Source of the DNA: an archaeon
GTDB lineage: Archaea > Nanobdellota > Nanobdellia > Pacearchaeales > DTIR01
Reading direction: 5' to 3'
Length of the DNA: 64,000 nucleotides
Assembly: GCA_043808285.1 (NCBI GenBank)
Contig: JAZDFA010000003.1
Span: forward strand, 12,085 to 76,084
Both the position numbers and the translations under genes were made by a program. A model generated the notes under the pieces. That model saw only the letters and a program-made list of their open reading frames with translations, was not told the origin of the DNA and searched no databases. This document shows positions 27,191-36,577 of the stretch, in pieces (within the stretch, counting starts at the first letter, position 1; the number at the start of each line of letters is the position of its first letter).

Positions 27191-28741
27191 TTATTCGAGA
27201 TATACGTTCTTAATCGTTCTTTCAGAGTTAAGCTCACCTAGTTTTAAAAGATTGACATGGGGCAAAGCCTTATCTGAATAATGATTTATCATGTCCTGAT
27301 ACTCTATATCACTCTTAATCAACTCTGTTTTTATTTCTTTCTCAAAAAGCCTTTTTACCCTGATTGAGGGATTGATATACTTTTTCAGCTCTATATCAAC
27401 AATGAATATTGTATCATTATTCTTATTGTACTCCTTTCTAAGCCTAAATCTTCCTGTTGTGATGTTTGCAAGATAATGATTGTTATACATTGCCTTCATA
27501 ACAGTATCTGGATAAACCTTTGCAGCATTTATTGAAATAGTCCCATCTGACCTGCCATTAACAAAAAAGAAAGGCAAAGCAAGTTTTATCTTTAGTTTTA
27601 TCCCCTCTTCCTTTAGAATCTTTCTCATCTCTTTATTGCTTATTACACCCCCCAAATCATGAATGTTGTATTTTATCAAAGGCTGGAGGCTGTGCCTATT
27701 GATCTTGGACATTACTACTTCTTTTTTATCAGTGGATTCTATAAAGAAATTCATAGAGTTATAATGAAAAAGCATTGGGAGGGTGTTTATCTCCCCAAAT
27801 AGTCTTTTTGCAAGCTTCTTGTTCTTTTCAGCCATCCTTCTTATATTTACTGTATCTTCATTCTCATTTATTCCAGAAACCCCTATATCTGCGGCGCCAT
27901 AAATAGAATAAATCCTGCTTCTGCTGTTTTGAGGACTGCTTCCAATCAAATTATACATGTAATCCCTGCAAGATTCAGGAAAACCCTCTCCCGCAAGAAG
28001 AAAATTTATGTTGTATTTTTTAAAATTTATACCATTTTTTATCCCCCCCTCTAGAAGATTCTTAACAAATGGAGGGTACCCCCCTATAACTATCTGGTCG
28101 AATTTATTTCCCATTATTTTTATTATCTCAAGAATCTCTTGGATATTTGCTCCAGTATTTATTGTTGGGCCTATGGATCTCATTATATAAGCAAACTTCA
28201 TCCCGCTCACCCATGAGCCTAAAGCAAAACCATTAATGAACAATGTATTTTTTTTGCTTGCTTGAAAAAGATTTTCCAAGCCAAGTCTTGCATAATCAAT
28301 ATCGCTTTCTTCCTCCTTAAGATTGTTTGCCCAAATAAATGGCTTGCCAGTATATCCTGAACTCTTGTATATTATGTTTGCATTTTTAATATCTCCTTCA
28401 ATCAAAAGTTCTGAAATATCTTTTGCCTTAGAAATATAATACTCCTTGCTTGTGTAGGGCAGGGTTTTCAGATCATTCAGGCTTAAATCTCCGGGTTCAA
28501 TCTTATTAGCAATTAGAAAGTTTTTGTATAGCTTAACTTTTTTTATTGTTCTTTTTGCTTGATATAATGCCTTTCTTTTGCTTGTATCTTCCAGCAGATC
28601 TGGGCTTATGACCTTAAGTATGTTCAGTGTTAAAACTGGATTTTTTAGTATTTTCAATAAAAAAAAGTCTATCATTGAAAGTGGGATGATTCTTGATATC
28701 TCTTTTAACATTTTAACCTCTCTATTATCAGATAAAATCAA
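27191..28741 (-). CDS. Adenylate-forming enzyme of the PaaK / coenzyme F390 synthetase / CapK family
   Basis: SSGYTGKPFIW (SSGTTGKP-like AMP motif) and C-terminal GRSDGTISINAAKVYP (GRxDD..V.G.NV.P pattern). Confidence 0.65.
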   Translation of the reverse strand: MILSDNREVKMLKEISRIIPLSMIDFFLLKILKNPVLTLNILKVISPDLLEDTSKRKALYQAKRTIKKVKLYKNFLIANKIEPGDLSLNDLKTLPYTSKEYYISKAKDISELLIEGDIKNANIIYKSSGYTGKPFIWANNLKEEESDIDYARLGLENLFQASKKNTLFINGFALGSWVSGMKFAYIMRSIGPTINTGANIQEILEIIKIMGNKFDQIVIGGYPPFVKNLLEGGIKNGINFKKYNINFLLAGEGFPESCRDYMYNLIGSSPQNSRSRIYSIYGAADIGVSGINENEDTVNIRRMAEKNKKLAKRLFGEINTLPMLFHYNSMNFFIESTDKKEVVMSKINRHSLQPLIKYNIHDLGGVISNKEMRKILKEEGIKLKIKLALPFFFVNGRSDGTISINAAKVYPDTVMKAMYNNHYLANITTGRFRLRKEYNKNNDTIFIVDIELKKYINPSIRVKRLFEKEIKTELIKSDIEYQDMINHYSDKALPHVNLLKLGELNSERTIKNVYLE

Positions 28742-28802
28742 TTTAAAATCTTTTCTTAGGATACAAAAAGAGTTTTAAACTGATGAATACTAAAAAATCA
28801 TT

Positions 28803-29558
28803 ATGAAAACAGCTTTTGTGTTAACAAGCGGCAGTTCAGCTGGAGCATTTCAAGTTGGTGCTATAAAAAAACTTATCTCTGAGGGTATTAAACCAAATGT
28901 TATAATCTCTACAAGTGTTGGGGCAATTAACGGAGCAAGGCTTGCATGCAAAGGAGATCTTATTGATAATATAAACGCCCTAGAAAAATGCTGGCTTTCT
29001 GCAAATAAAAAGAAATATTTTCCAAAGAACAAAAATGTAAACCTTCCACTCTATTCTATTGAAGGGTTAAAAAAAATTTTGAACAAGTATCTCCCTGCAA
29101 AGAATTTCAAAGAACTAATGATTCCGTTATATATAAGAGCTATAAGATCACATGACGGTAAAACTGTCTTTTTTGATAAAGGCAATCTGATAGATTGCGT
29201 CCTTGCCAGCTGCTCAGTTTATCCTTTATTCCCCCCATATAATATATCTGGAGTAGAGTATAAAGATGGATTTAATGGAACTGAAGGAGAGATAGAAAAG
29301 GCAATAAAATTAGGATACAAAAGGATATTTGTAATCGATTCTTCAGGAATACTAACAGATTTCTTTAGAAGATTAAACCTAATAAAAAAAGATAATAAAA
29401 TCAGCAAGAAAATAATAAAAAATTTTGATGGAGAAATAATAGAGATAAAGGCACCAAAAAGAGTATCTTATTTTTACAAGAGTTTTAAACATGCAAAAAA
29501 ACTCATGAAACTTGGAGAAAAACAGGCTGAAAAAGCCATTAAAAAAATCAATAGTTAG
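28803..29558 (+). CDS. Patatin-like phospholipase
   Basis: Degenerate glycine-rich loop LTSGSSAGAFQVGAIKKL, nucleophile IISTSVGAINGA, and Asp-Gly dyad YKDGFNG. Confidence 0.65.
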   Translation: MKTAFVLTSGSSAGAFQVGAIKKLISEGIKPNVIISTSVGAINGARLACKGDLIDNINALEKCWLSANKKKYFPKNKNVNLPLYSIEGLKKILNKYLPAKNFKELMIPLYIRAIRSHDGKTVFFDKGNLIDCVLASCSVYPLFPPYNISGVEYKDGFNGTEGEIEKAIKLGYKRIFVIDSSGILTDFFRRLNLIKKDNKISKKIIKNFDGEIIEIKAPKRVSYFYKSFKHAKKLMKLGEKQAEKAIKKINS

Positions 29559-31302
29559 ATGACGCAAGCATGCTGCTATAGTCATTTACCCTTCTGCATA
29601 TATCATTGCTCCATTTGTAATTTGCAGATGCAACATCTCTTATGCTTTCTTCCTTGAATTTCAATACTCCTTCTTTTCCCTTGAATCCTGCTGCCCTCAA
29701 CATAAGAAAATGCTCATCGCTCAAATCTGTTGGAAAGCCCAATGATTCAACCTCATTCCTTAACTCGCTGCAGTCCTTAAGCAATTCAGAAAATGGCCTT
29801 TTATTAAGGGTATATCCTATCTTGGGCCAGAGTACTGGGGGTTTGTAGAGAACATATTCATAGCTCATTGCTTTCTTTATTATATCCTCTTCAAACTCAA
29901 AACCAAATTTTTCTTTTTCCCTGTACCAATTGCTGTTTTTGAAGGGGCCTGGCGGCGTTATCATCACGCCATCGGGCTGTGTTGATTTTATCAAATTAAT
30001 ATCATCCTGCTTAACTTGCTGCAAGGTTATCCCACTCACTAAAGGACAGGGATAAATTAATGCAAGGCTTATATCAATCTTCTTGCCTGTTTCATTCTCT
30101 GCCTGCCTTATAGCCTTTATAGTATAAATTATATCTTCTGAATTAATGCCTTTATTCATTATTTTGTCATTTATTATATCATTGCCTGTTTCTCCCCCCA
30201 TGAAAATTGATTTTAAGCCAGAATTAAGAAGTGTCTTATAGCTCTGCACAATCTTATTGTAATGATCTTTTTTCTTGCTTCCTTTTACCGCTCTGCAGCC
30301 CATGCTATACTCAATATTTATCTTTTTATTCAGCAGTTCTCTTGCGATTCTCTCTCCGAATTGATAAGGTGTGTCTGAGCCTGCAAATCTGTATAAGCCT
30401 ATCCCTTTCTTATTTATCATGTACTTTATCTCCTTTACTATGTCTTTTGGATTCCTTGCCATGTAGCAGGGGTAAATCAATGAATGCACGCAGAAATAGC
30501 ATTTCCCGTAATCACATCCATAGGAGTCTATTATTACATGAATATTCACTTTTCCATCATCTTTAGGATAATCTGGAAATGTCTTAAATTTAAGGGAAGG
30601 CAGGCTTCTTTTTGTCTTTATTATCTCTCTATTTTTTCTGTATATCAAATTTTTTATCTGCTCTTTTTCTGCTTTTTCCGCAATGTACTCAATAATATCC
30701 TGTTTGGATTTTCCTTTATTATCTTTTATTATTTTAAGTATTTGGCTTAGTGTAAACTCTCCCTGGGCAGTAACTGCAATGTCAAAATTGCTATATCTTA
30801 AAAAATCTTCTTCATAGATTGTTGGATGATAGCCTCCCGCAATAGTTATTATCTCCTGGTTCAATTTTTTTACCTTCTCAACAAGCATATTAGACCAGAC
30901 AAATGCTTCTCCATACCATACCTTTATTCCTAAGGCAAGAGGTTTTTTTTCTGCAATTTCTTCAGCAAGGGAATCAAGCATTTTATTCATCCTTCTCTTT
31001 TGAATGCTGTTTATATTATCCTGTAATATCATGTTCAATGCACCCTTAATCTTAAAAGATATCCCCCTATTTTTGTTTTTTAGCGAATTTAGAAGAGAAG
31101 AAACCATAGCCCTGTTCAATGAAGTAAGATAATCTGGAGCCAGACCGTCATAGAAATCTGGATTTGCCCAGTCTATCAGGTTAACTGAATATCCTTGTTT
31201 TTCAAGATAAGTCTTTATCTCACATAAACCATTCTCCCTAAGGATGTCACTTATTGACCTTCTCCTTGTTGCTAGTGAATTCCATAAAATCAAATCTGTC
31301 AT
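29548..31302 (-). CDS. B12-binding-domain-like / radical SAM protein (class B-like)
   Basis: N-terminal Rossmann-like region (IITIAGGYHPT), then the cluster motif SYGCDYGKCYFCVH (Cx4Cx2C), and FMGGETGND. Confidence 0.65.
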   Translation of the reverse strand: MTDLILWNSLATRRRSISDILRENGLCEIKTYLEKQGYSVNLIDWANPDFYDGLAPDYLTSLNRAMVSSLLNSLKNKNRGISFKIKGALNMILQDNINSIQKRRMNKMLDSLAEEIAEKKPLALGIKVWYGEAFVWSNMLVEKVKKLNQEIITIAGGYHPTIYEEDFLRYSNFDIAVTAQGEFTLSQILKIIKDNKGKSKQDIIEYIAEKAEKEQIKNLIYRKNREIIKTKRSLPSLKFKTFPDYPKDDGKVNIHVIIDSYGCDYGKCYFCVHSLIYPCYMARNPKDIVKEIKYMINKKGIGLYRFAGSDTPYQFGERIARELLNKKINIEYSMGCRAVKGSKKKDHYNKIVQSYKTLLNSGLKSIFMGGETGNDIINDKIMNKGINSEDIIYTIKAIRQAENETGKKIDISLALIYPCPLVSGITLQQVKQDDINLIKSTQPDGVMITPPGPFKNSNWYREKEKFGFEFEEDIIKKAMSYEYVLYKPPVLWPKIGYTLNKRPFSELLKDCSELRNEVESLGFPTDLSDEHFLMLRAAGFKGKEGVLKFKEESIRDVASANYKWSNDICRRVNDYSSMLASSNY

Positions 31303-31318
31303 TTTTTCATACTCTCTT

Positions 31319-31438
31319 TTAGGATCCTAAAAACCTAAGGCAAACCGCACATTTCAGGAATATTTATATTCCTAAGCACTCTCAAAAATCCTAGATTTTT
31401 AAAACTTTAGTGTGCGGTAATACAGAGGTTTTTATGAT
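31319..31438 (-). repeat. Composite nested copy of hairpin repeat H1, overlapping the 3-prime end of the acyl-CoA ligase gene
   Basis: Reverse complement: atcataaaaacctctgtattaccgcacac...aaaaatc-tag-gattttt...aggaata-taa-atattcct...gtgcggtttgccttaggtttttaggatcctaa. Confidence 0.7.
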
Positions 31439-33097
31439 TTCCTCGCGATTATATCCCTCCCAGAATTTTTTTTTCAAAGAATTTCTGTCAATCTTTCCGT
31501 TGCTGTTTCTGGGTATTGTATTATGAAACTCTATTAATTTAGGAACAAGGAAAGGATTAATATTCTCTCTGCAAAAATCAAGAATTTCCTGCTCACTAAC
31601 CTCTCCTTTCTTTATTATTGCAGCAGCTATCTCCTCTCCAAATCTTAAATCTGGTATGCCAAAAACACAGCATTCTTCAACTAAAGGATGAGAATAAAGC
31701 AAGTCTTCAATCTGCTTAGGATGAACATTCAATCCTCTTTTTATGATTATGTCATCAATCCTTCCTAGAATATAAAGATAGCCTTCTTCATCAAAAAAGC
31801 CCATATCATTGCTGTAAAACCATCCTCTTTTGTATACTCTCCTTGTCAAAGCTTCCTGCTTCAAATAACCTATTGTAACTGTCTTGCTTTTTATTATGAT
31901 CTTCCCAGTTTCTAGAGGTTTTGCTTCCTTGCCTTTGTTGTTGATTATTTTTATCTTAACTCCTTTCACAACTTTTCCTGTAGAGAATAATCTCCTTTGG
32001 TCTTCTTCATTTTTTGTTCTATGCTCCCCCCTCTTAAGATTTGCAAGAGGTGGGAATGCTTCGGCCATGCCATAACCTTGTTCAAGTATCATTCCAAATC
32101 TTTTTATGCACCTCTTCAAATGATTTATAGATATTGGCGCTGAGCCATATATCATTGTATTCAATGTCTCAAAATAATTATTTCTTAGAATATAATTATT
32201 GAATAGAAACCACGGCTTGTAAGTCTCTTTTAATAACCCCAGCATCATTGGAGGCACTAGGAAAGTTGCAGTTACTTTCTCTTTTTTTATTGTGTTTATT
32301 ATTTCTTTAGGGTTATACTGCTCCATAATAACTTGTTTGCTTCCTTTCATAAAAAATGGAAGCAAGAAGATGCTTGTTGCATGTGTTAATGGAGTTAGAT
32401 GGAGCATAGTGTCCTTTTCGGTTATTCCTGTGTCTGAATTTGTATATAAATTATGTAAGCTATACATCCAGTTTCTATGGGTAGAAATTATTCCCTTAGG
32501 ATCTCCTGTAGTACCAGAACTATAACATATTGCAGTTATTTCTCTTTCATTTAGATTAACTTTTGGTTCTTCACTACTTCCCTTCTTAATAAAATCAATG
32601 TATCTTTCATAATCCCCCAGTTCTTCTGTAACAAATATAAAAATCTTTATTTTTGGAAGGCTTTTTCTTAATAACTCTATCTCATTGCGGAAAGATTCAT
32701 AAATTATTGCAGCACTACATTTTGAATGAGCAAGCAGTTTTATTATAGAATCAAAATTAAACATCCTTATGTTTATTGGAACGAAGACCATTCCGCTCTT
32801 GTAGCATGCAAATCTTGATTCAATAAACTCTATGCAGTTTGGAAGCAATACACCGATATGATCTCCTTTGCTTAATCCTGACTTAAAGAGTGCATTACCT
32901 AGCTTATTTACATTTAAATTAAATTCATAATAAGAAACCCTTTTTTTATTGCATACAAATGCGGTGTTTTCTTTGTATTTTAATGCACTTCTCCTGATAA
33001 GTTCTTTTGGTAGCATTTGTCTAACAGAATATAGAAACTTAAAAACCTTCTCAATAGTTCGCTTAAAATCCCTTTTTGCCAAAAAGTGCCCGTTCAA
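31391..33097 (-). CDS. AMP-dependent acyl-CoA synthetase/ligase
   Basis: AMP-binding motif YSSGTTGDPKGI, YGMAEA, GWFYSNDMGFFDEEGYLYILGRIDDIIIKRGLNVHP, and terminal NGKIDR. Confidence 0.9.
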   Translation of the reverse strand: MNGHFLAKRDFKRTIEKVFKFLYSVRQMLPKELIRRSALKYKENTAFVCNKKRVSYYEFNLNVNKLGNALFKSGLSKGDHIGVLLPNCIEFIESRFACYKSGMVFVPINIRMFNFDSIIKLLAHSKCSAAIIYESFRNEIELLRKSLPKIKIFIFVTEELGDYERYIDFIKKGSSEEPKVNLNEREITAICYSSGTTGDPKGIISTHRNWMYSLHNLYTNSDTGITEKDTMLHLTPLTHATSIFLLPFFMKGSKQVIMEQYNPKEIINTIKKEKVTATFLVPPMMLGLLKETYKPWFLFNNYILRNNYFETLNTMIYGSAPISINHLKRCIKRFGMILEQGYGMAEAFPPLANLKRGEHRTKNEEDQRRLFSTGKVVKGVKIKIINNKGKEAKPLETGKIIIKSKTVTIGYLKQEALTRRVYKRGWFYSNDMGFFDEEGYLYILGRIDDIIIKRGLNVHPKQIEDLLYSHPLVEECCVFGIPDLRFGEEIAAAIIKKGEVSEQEILDFCRENINPFLVPKLIEFHNTIPRNSNGKIDRNSLKKKFWEGYNREEIIKTSVLPHTKVLKI

Positions 33098-33114
33098 ATG
33101 CCATAAAGGCTAAA

Positions 33115-33186
33115 TGCGCCGGCCGGGATTCGAACCCGGATAGTGAGCTTGGGAAGCTCAAGTCTTAACCATTGGACCACCAGCGC
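33115..33186 (-). tRNA. tRNA-Gly(CCC): tRNA-Gly (anticodon CCC)
   Basis: Reverse complement folds as gcgctgg tg gtcc aatggttaa gact tgagc ttCCCaa gctca ctat ccggg ttcgaat cccgg ccggcgc a. Confidence 0.85.
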
Positions 33187-33209
33187 ATCATAAAGTTATC
33201 AAAATTGGC

Positions 33210-33218
33210 TTATAAAAA
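33210..33218 (-). promoter_or_regulatory. TATA box for tRNA-Gly
   Basis: The minus strand reads tttttataa, centred about 28 nt upstream of the tRNA 5-prime end (33186). Confidence 0.45.
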
Positions 33219-33298
33219 TCTTTACAATAGCATACAACACTATGAACAATTTTTTGCAAGAAACACTTAAATATCCTACAACTTGTTGATTAAGCAAT

Positions 33299-33820
33299 AT
33301 GAAAATAGCAATGATAGGCACACATGGAACTGGCAAGACTACTGCAGTGCATGAAATCATTGCGATGTTAAAGAAGAATTCTATTGATGCAGGATATCTT
33401 GAAGAAGTAGCAAGAAGGTCTCCATTGCCTATAAACGAGGAGACGACAAAAGAATCCCAATCATGGATTTTTTATGAACATATTGCCAGGGAAATAGAGA
33501 TGGAGCATAAATCTCAGATAGTTGTTTGCGACCGTTCAATACTTGACATATACTCCTATTATTTCAGGAAATTTGGAAAAAACAATGCTATGGAAGAGGT
33601 CATAAAAGAAAGGATGCCCACATATTCTAGACTTTTCTATTTCCCACTAGATAGATTTAAGAATCGACTGCAAAATGATGGCGTGAGAGAAATGAGAAAA
33701 AAATTCCAAGAAGAAATTGATCGTGTTGTCAAAGACCTTTTAGCACAATTTGAAGTAAAATATGAGACCTATCATCATCCTAAAAAGACACTAGATAATG
33801 TTCTTTCTTTGATAAGATAG
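33299..33820 (+). CDS. P-loop ATPase (AAA_28/NadR-kinase-like)
   Basis: Walker A MIGTHGTGKTT, and Walker B-like IVVCDRSILD. Confidence 0.6.
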   Translation: MKIAMIGTHGTGKTTAVHEIIAMLKKNSIDAGYLEEVARRSPLPINEETTKESQSWIFYEHIAREIEMEHKSQIVVCDRSILDIYSYYFRKFGKNNAMEEVIKERMPTYSRLFYFPLDRFKNRLQNDGVREMRKKFQEEIDRVVKDLLAQFEVKYETYHHPKKTLDNVLSLIR

Positions 33821-33864
33821 ACAGCCAAGAAAAGATATATTAACGGGCAGGATTAGATACCAAA

Positions 33865-34254
33865 ATGAAAGTAAAAGAAATAATGGGCAAGCCTATAATA
33901 ATTTCTCCAGATATTACTGTAAAAGAAGCTGCTAAAAAAATGGTTGAATTGAATGCAACCACGATGATGATTATAGAGAATAACAAGCTCGTAGGCATAT
34001 TGACTGAAGGAGACATAGTTGAAAGATTCGCAACAACAGACAAGATTTCAAAGAATGTAACTGTAAAAGAGGTAATGAGCTCACATTTAATCAAGGCGGA
34101 TGAAGATGAAAATGTGGAGAATGCTATAGGCATTATGCTCAAAAATAAGATAAGAAGACTTCCAGTTGTTTCAAAGGGAAGGCTAGTGGGTATGCTTACC
34201 TTAGACTATGTAGCAAAACATCTTCCTGAAATAGGGATAGATTCTTGGTTCTAG
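33865..34254 (+). CDS. CBS-domain pair protein
   Basis: Two CBS repeats (VKEIMGKPIIISPDITVKEAAKKM...GILTEGDI and VKEVMSSHLIKADEDENVENAIGIMLKNKIRRLPVV). Confidence 0.85.
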   Translation: MKVKEIMGKPIIISPDITVKEAAKKMVELNATTMMIIENNKLVGILTEGDIVERFATTDKISKNVTVKEVMSSHLIKADEDENVENAIGIMLKNKIRRLPVVSKGRLVGMLTLDYVAKHLPEIGIDSWF

Positions 34255-34297
34255 AAAAAACAGAAAGATTTATTATTGATCTATTGGAATAGTAAAA

Positions 34298-34657
34298 ATG
34301 GAAGAATCAACAAAAGAGGATATTGGGGAAATAATAAAATTTCCTGATTGGGAGAAGATGAGCCTCAGAGTAGCAAAGATAATTGAAGTTAAAGAGCACC
34401 CAAATGCCAACAGACTTTATATTGTTGATATTGATTTAGGAACTGAAAAAAGAACTCTTGTTGCAGGTCTCAAAGGACATTATACTGCAGATGAACTCCT
34501 AGGGAAGTTATGCATAGTATTTAGCAACATTGAACCTGTAGTAATAAGGGGGATAAAAAGTGAGGGAATGATCTTGGCCGCAGTAAGCCCAGATAAAAGC
34601 AAAGTGTGTATATTGCAACCAGAAAAAGAGATTGAACTGGGAAGCAGAATTTATTAA
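34298..34657 (+). CDS. tRNA-binding domain protein (Trbp111/CsaA/MetRS C-terminal-like OB fold)
   Basis: LRVAKIIEVKEHPNANRLYIVDIDLGTEKRTLVAGLKGHY...IRGIKSEGMILAA. Confidence 0.8.
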   Translation: MEESTKEDIGEIIKFPDWEKMSLRVAKIIEVKEHPNANRLYIVDIDLGTEKRTLVAGLKGHYTADELLGKLCIVFSNIEPVVIRGIKSEGMILAAVSPDKSKVCILQPEKEIELGSRIY

Positions 34658-35007
34658 GATCCCCCTTCATAATCTTCTTCGCTAGATTCCTGCTCTTGGT
34701 TTATCTCTTCTATCATTTCTGCAATAGTGTCTGAAACTTCTTCAAGATTGTTTCTCAGAAGAGATAATGGAAGCCTTAATACAAAGTAACCTTCAGCAAA
34801 TGAGTAATAATCTCTTTTTATCTTTTCAAGATCTTCTATAGGACTATTCTCCAGATCATCAATTTCTATCTTTATCCTTGATTCTGGGATTATCACATCA
34901 CAATAAATATCCTTCCCATTAAGATTTCCTGGCTGAGAATTTATCTTCCTGATCCTTAAAGACTTGATTAAGATATCTACTTCTGGAATGGTGTTAGTGT
35001 TATCCAT
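34654..35007 (-). CDS. Hypothetical protein with an acidic C-terminal tail (weak DUF559/Vsr-fold resemblance)
   Basis: YCDVIIPESRIKIEIDD...RDYYSFAEGYFVLRLP loosely resembles the DUF559 core. The tail is EEINQEQESSEEDYEGGS. Confidence 0.4.
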   Translation of the reverse strand: MDNTNTIPEVDILIKSLRIRKINSQPGNLNGKDIYCDVIIPESRIKIEIDDLENSPIEDLEKIKRDYYSFAEGYFVLRLPLSLLRNNLEEVSDTIAEMIEEINQEQESSEEDYEGGS

Positions 35008-35008
35008 T

Positions 35009-35572
35009 TTAATCGTTCAAAAGCATTGGATCAACATCCTCTTCTTCAGATTTGTATTCTATCACAGAAAAAACATCATATTTCTTTAGTTTTTCTCCGC
35101 CCCCAAGGTAGGAGAGATCAATTACAAATGCCACACCGGCTACATTTCCTCCAAGCTGTTCTACAAGCTTGCATGCCGCCTCTGCTGTGCCTCCTGTTGC
35201 AAGCAAATCATCAACGATAAGAACATTTTGGCCCTTCTTTATTCCATCAGCATGCATCTCAAATGCATCTGTACTGTACTCTGTTTGGAACTCCTGCTTT
35301 ATTGTTTTGTAAGGCAGTTTTCCTGGCTTCCTTAATGGAACAAAACTGCAATACATTTCATGAGCTAGAATAGCACCAAAAATAAATCCTCTGGATTCTG
35401 CCGCTGCAACAGCATCTATCTTCTTGCCCTTAAAATGTTCTTGAATTGTCAATAAAACATACCTTCTAGTGAATGGGTCTTGAAGAAGAGGAGTAATATC
35501 CCTAAACATTATTCCTTTCTTTGGGAAATGGGGAACGGTCCTTATTCTTTTTTTTATGTCATGAATGTTCAT
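35009..35572 (-). CDS. apt: Adenine phosphoribosyltransferase
   Basis: PRPP-binding motif VLIVDDLLATGGTAEA, and N-terminal FPKKGIMFRDITPLL. Confidence 0.9.
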   Translation of the reverse strand: MNIHDIKKRIRTVPHFPKKGIMFRDITPLLQDPFTRRYVLLTIQEHFKGKKIDAVAAAESRGFIFGAILAHEMYCSFVPLRKPGKLPYKTIKQEFQTEYSTDAFEMHADGIKKGQNVLIVDDLLATGGTAEAACKLVEQLGGNVAGVAFVIDLSYLGGGEKLKKYDVFSVIEYKSEEEDVDPMLLND

Positions 35573-35597
35573 GTTTTTTAGATGTACTAAATAGATT

Positions 35598-35897
35598 TTA
35601 AACTTTTTTGTTAATTCTTTCCTCTAAATCAGAGCAGTAAAATCCTGGCCTAGATGTTGCAAAAAAAGTCGTGTGGTTTGCAAATGGATTACGCATTTTT
35701 TGCTGAAATCGATGAGATTTTATAGATTCCTCATGGTAATCGTCCATCTTTACACATTCATAAGCCTTATTACAAGAAAGTTCTGGCTTGTAAATGCAAA
35801 CCCCTTTGTCCATTAACTCTTTATTCTTTTTTTTATAATCTCCATTAATCATACTTTTCAATGCTTCTATATCTTCTTTTGGAAAATGTTTGGCCAT
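35598..35897 (-). CDS. Hypothetical protein (99 aa)
   Basis: ORF with a compact fit between its neighbours. No motif recognised. Confidence 0.4.
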   Translation of the reverse strand: MAKHFPKEDIEALKSMINGDYKKKNKELMDKGVCIYKPELSCNKAYECVKMDDYHEESIKSHRFQQKMRNPFANHTTFFATSRPGFYCSDLEERINKKV

Positions 35898-35911
35898 TTT
35901 ATCTTTTAGTA

Positions 35912-36529
35912 TTATTTAAGTGTTATAAGCCTATCTTCAAGCTTCCAGCAGTCATCAAAAAATTTCTCTAGAATATTTGCTTTTAGCTCATCATTACAAT
36001 TAGCTTTAGCAATCCTTCCATCTTCTTCTTTCTTTTCAAAAAGATTATAGGTATTATTGTCTGAGACAATGAATGAAGGTGTTTGTGGATTTTGTTTTCT
36101 GAATCTTTTTATTTTTACATAATTGCAGTTCTTTAATAATCCATAAAATTTAGAAGATCCATACTCTTCTGTATCTGAAAATAATATTCTTAATTCTGGG
36201 GATACTTCCTTACTAGGTAAACGCCTAACAGACCTTAAAAAATTTAAGATTCTGTTCTCAAAAATTATTGTATTTTTATTCTTTCCTAGTTTTGTGTCAA
36301 GGTATAAAATGCTCTGATTTATCTCTTCATAATTAATCTCTTCTGAGGACTTAGCAAGTATCCTCAATCTAGATTCTGTATTCCTGATAATCAATGAAGA
36401 AACAAGTAAATTATGATCAATTGTGCTATTGGGAATGTCATAACCTTTTCTGTCTTTGAATTCTTGTTCTATTTGGGAAGAATATTCTTTGTCTATTCTT
36501 GAAGTTAGCGACACTAAACTAGATTCCAT
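35912..36529 (-). CDS. Hypothetical protein (205 aa)
   Basis: ORF with a compact fit between its neighbours. No motif recognised. Confidence 0.45.
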   Translation of the reverse strand: MESSLVSLTSRIDKEYSSQIEQEFKDRKGYDIPNSTIDHNLLVSSLIIRNTESRLRILAKSSEEINYEEINQSILYLDTKLGKNKNTIIFENRILNFLRSVRRLPSKEVSPELRILFSDTEEYGSSKFYGLLKNCNYVKIKRFRKQNPQTPSFIVSDNNTYNLFEKKEEDGRIAKANCNDELKANILEKFFDDCWKLEDRLITLK

Positions 36530-36577
36530 TTTTCTTTCTCGGTTATCTTATCCCAAAGTGTATTTAAATTTTATGAA

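Noticed and set aside
22346-33186. Integrative genomic island or prophage inserted at a tRNA gene
   Set aside because: I saw no integrase, transposase or phage-like genes. I saw no direct repeat of either tRNA 3-prime end inside the region. The tRNA flanks may be coincidental, so I treat the region as an accessory metabolic cluster rather than a mobile island.
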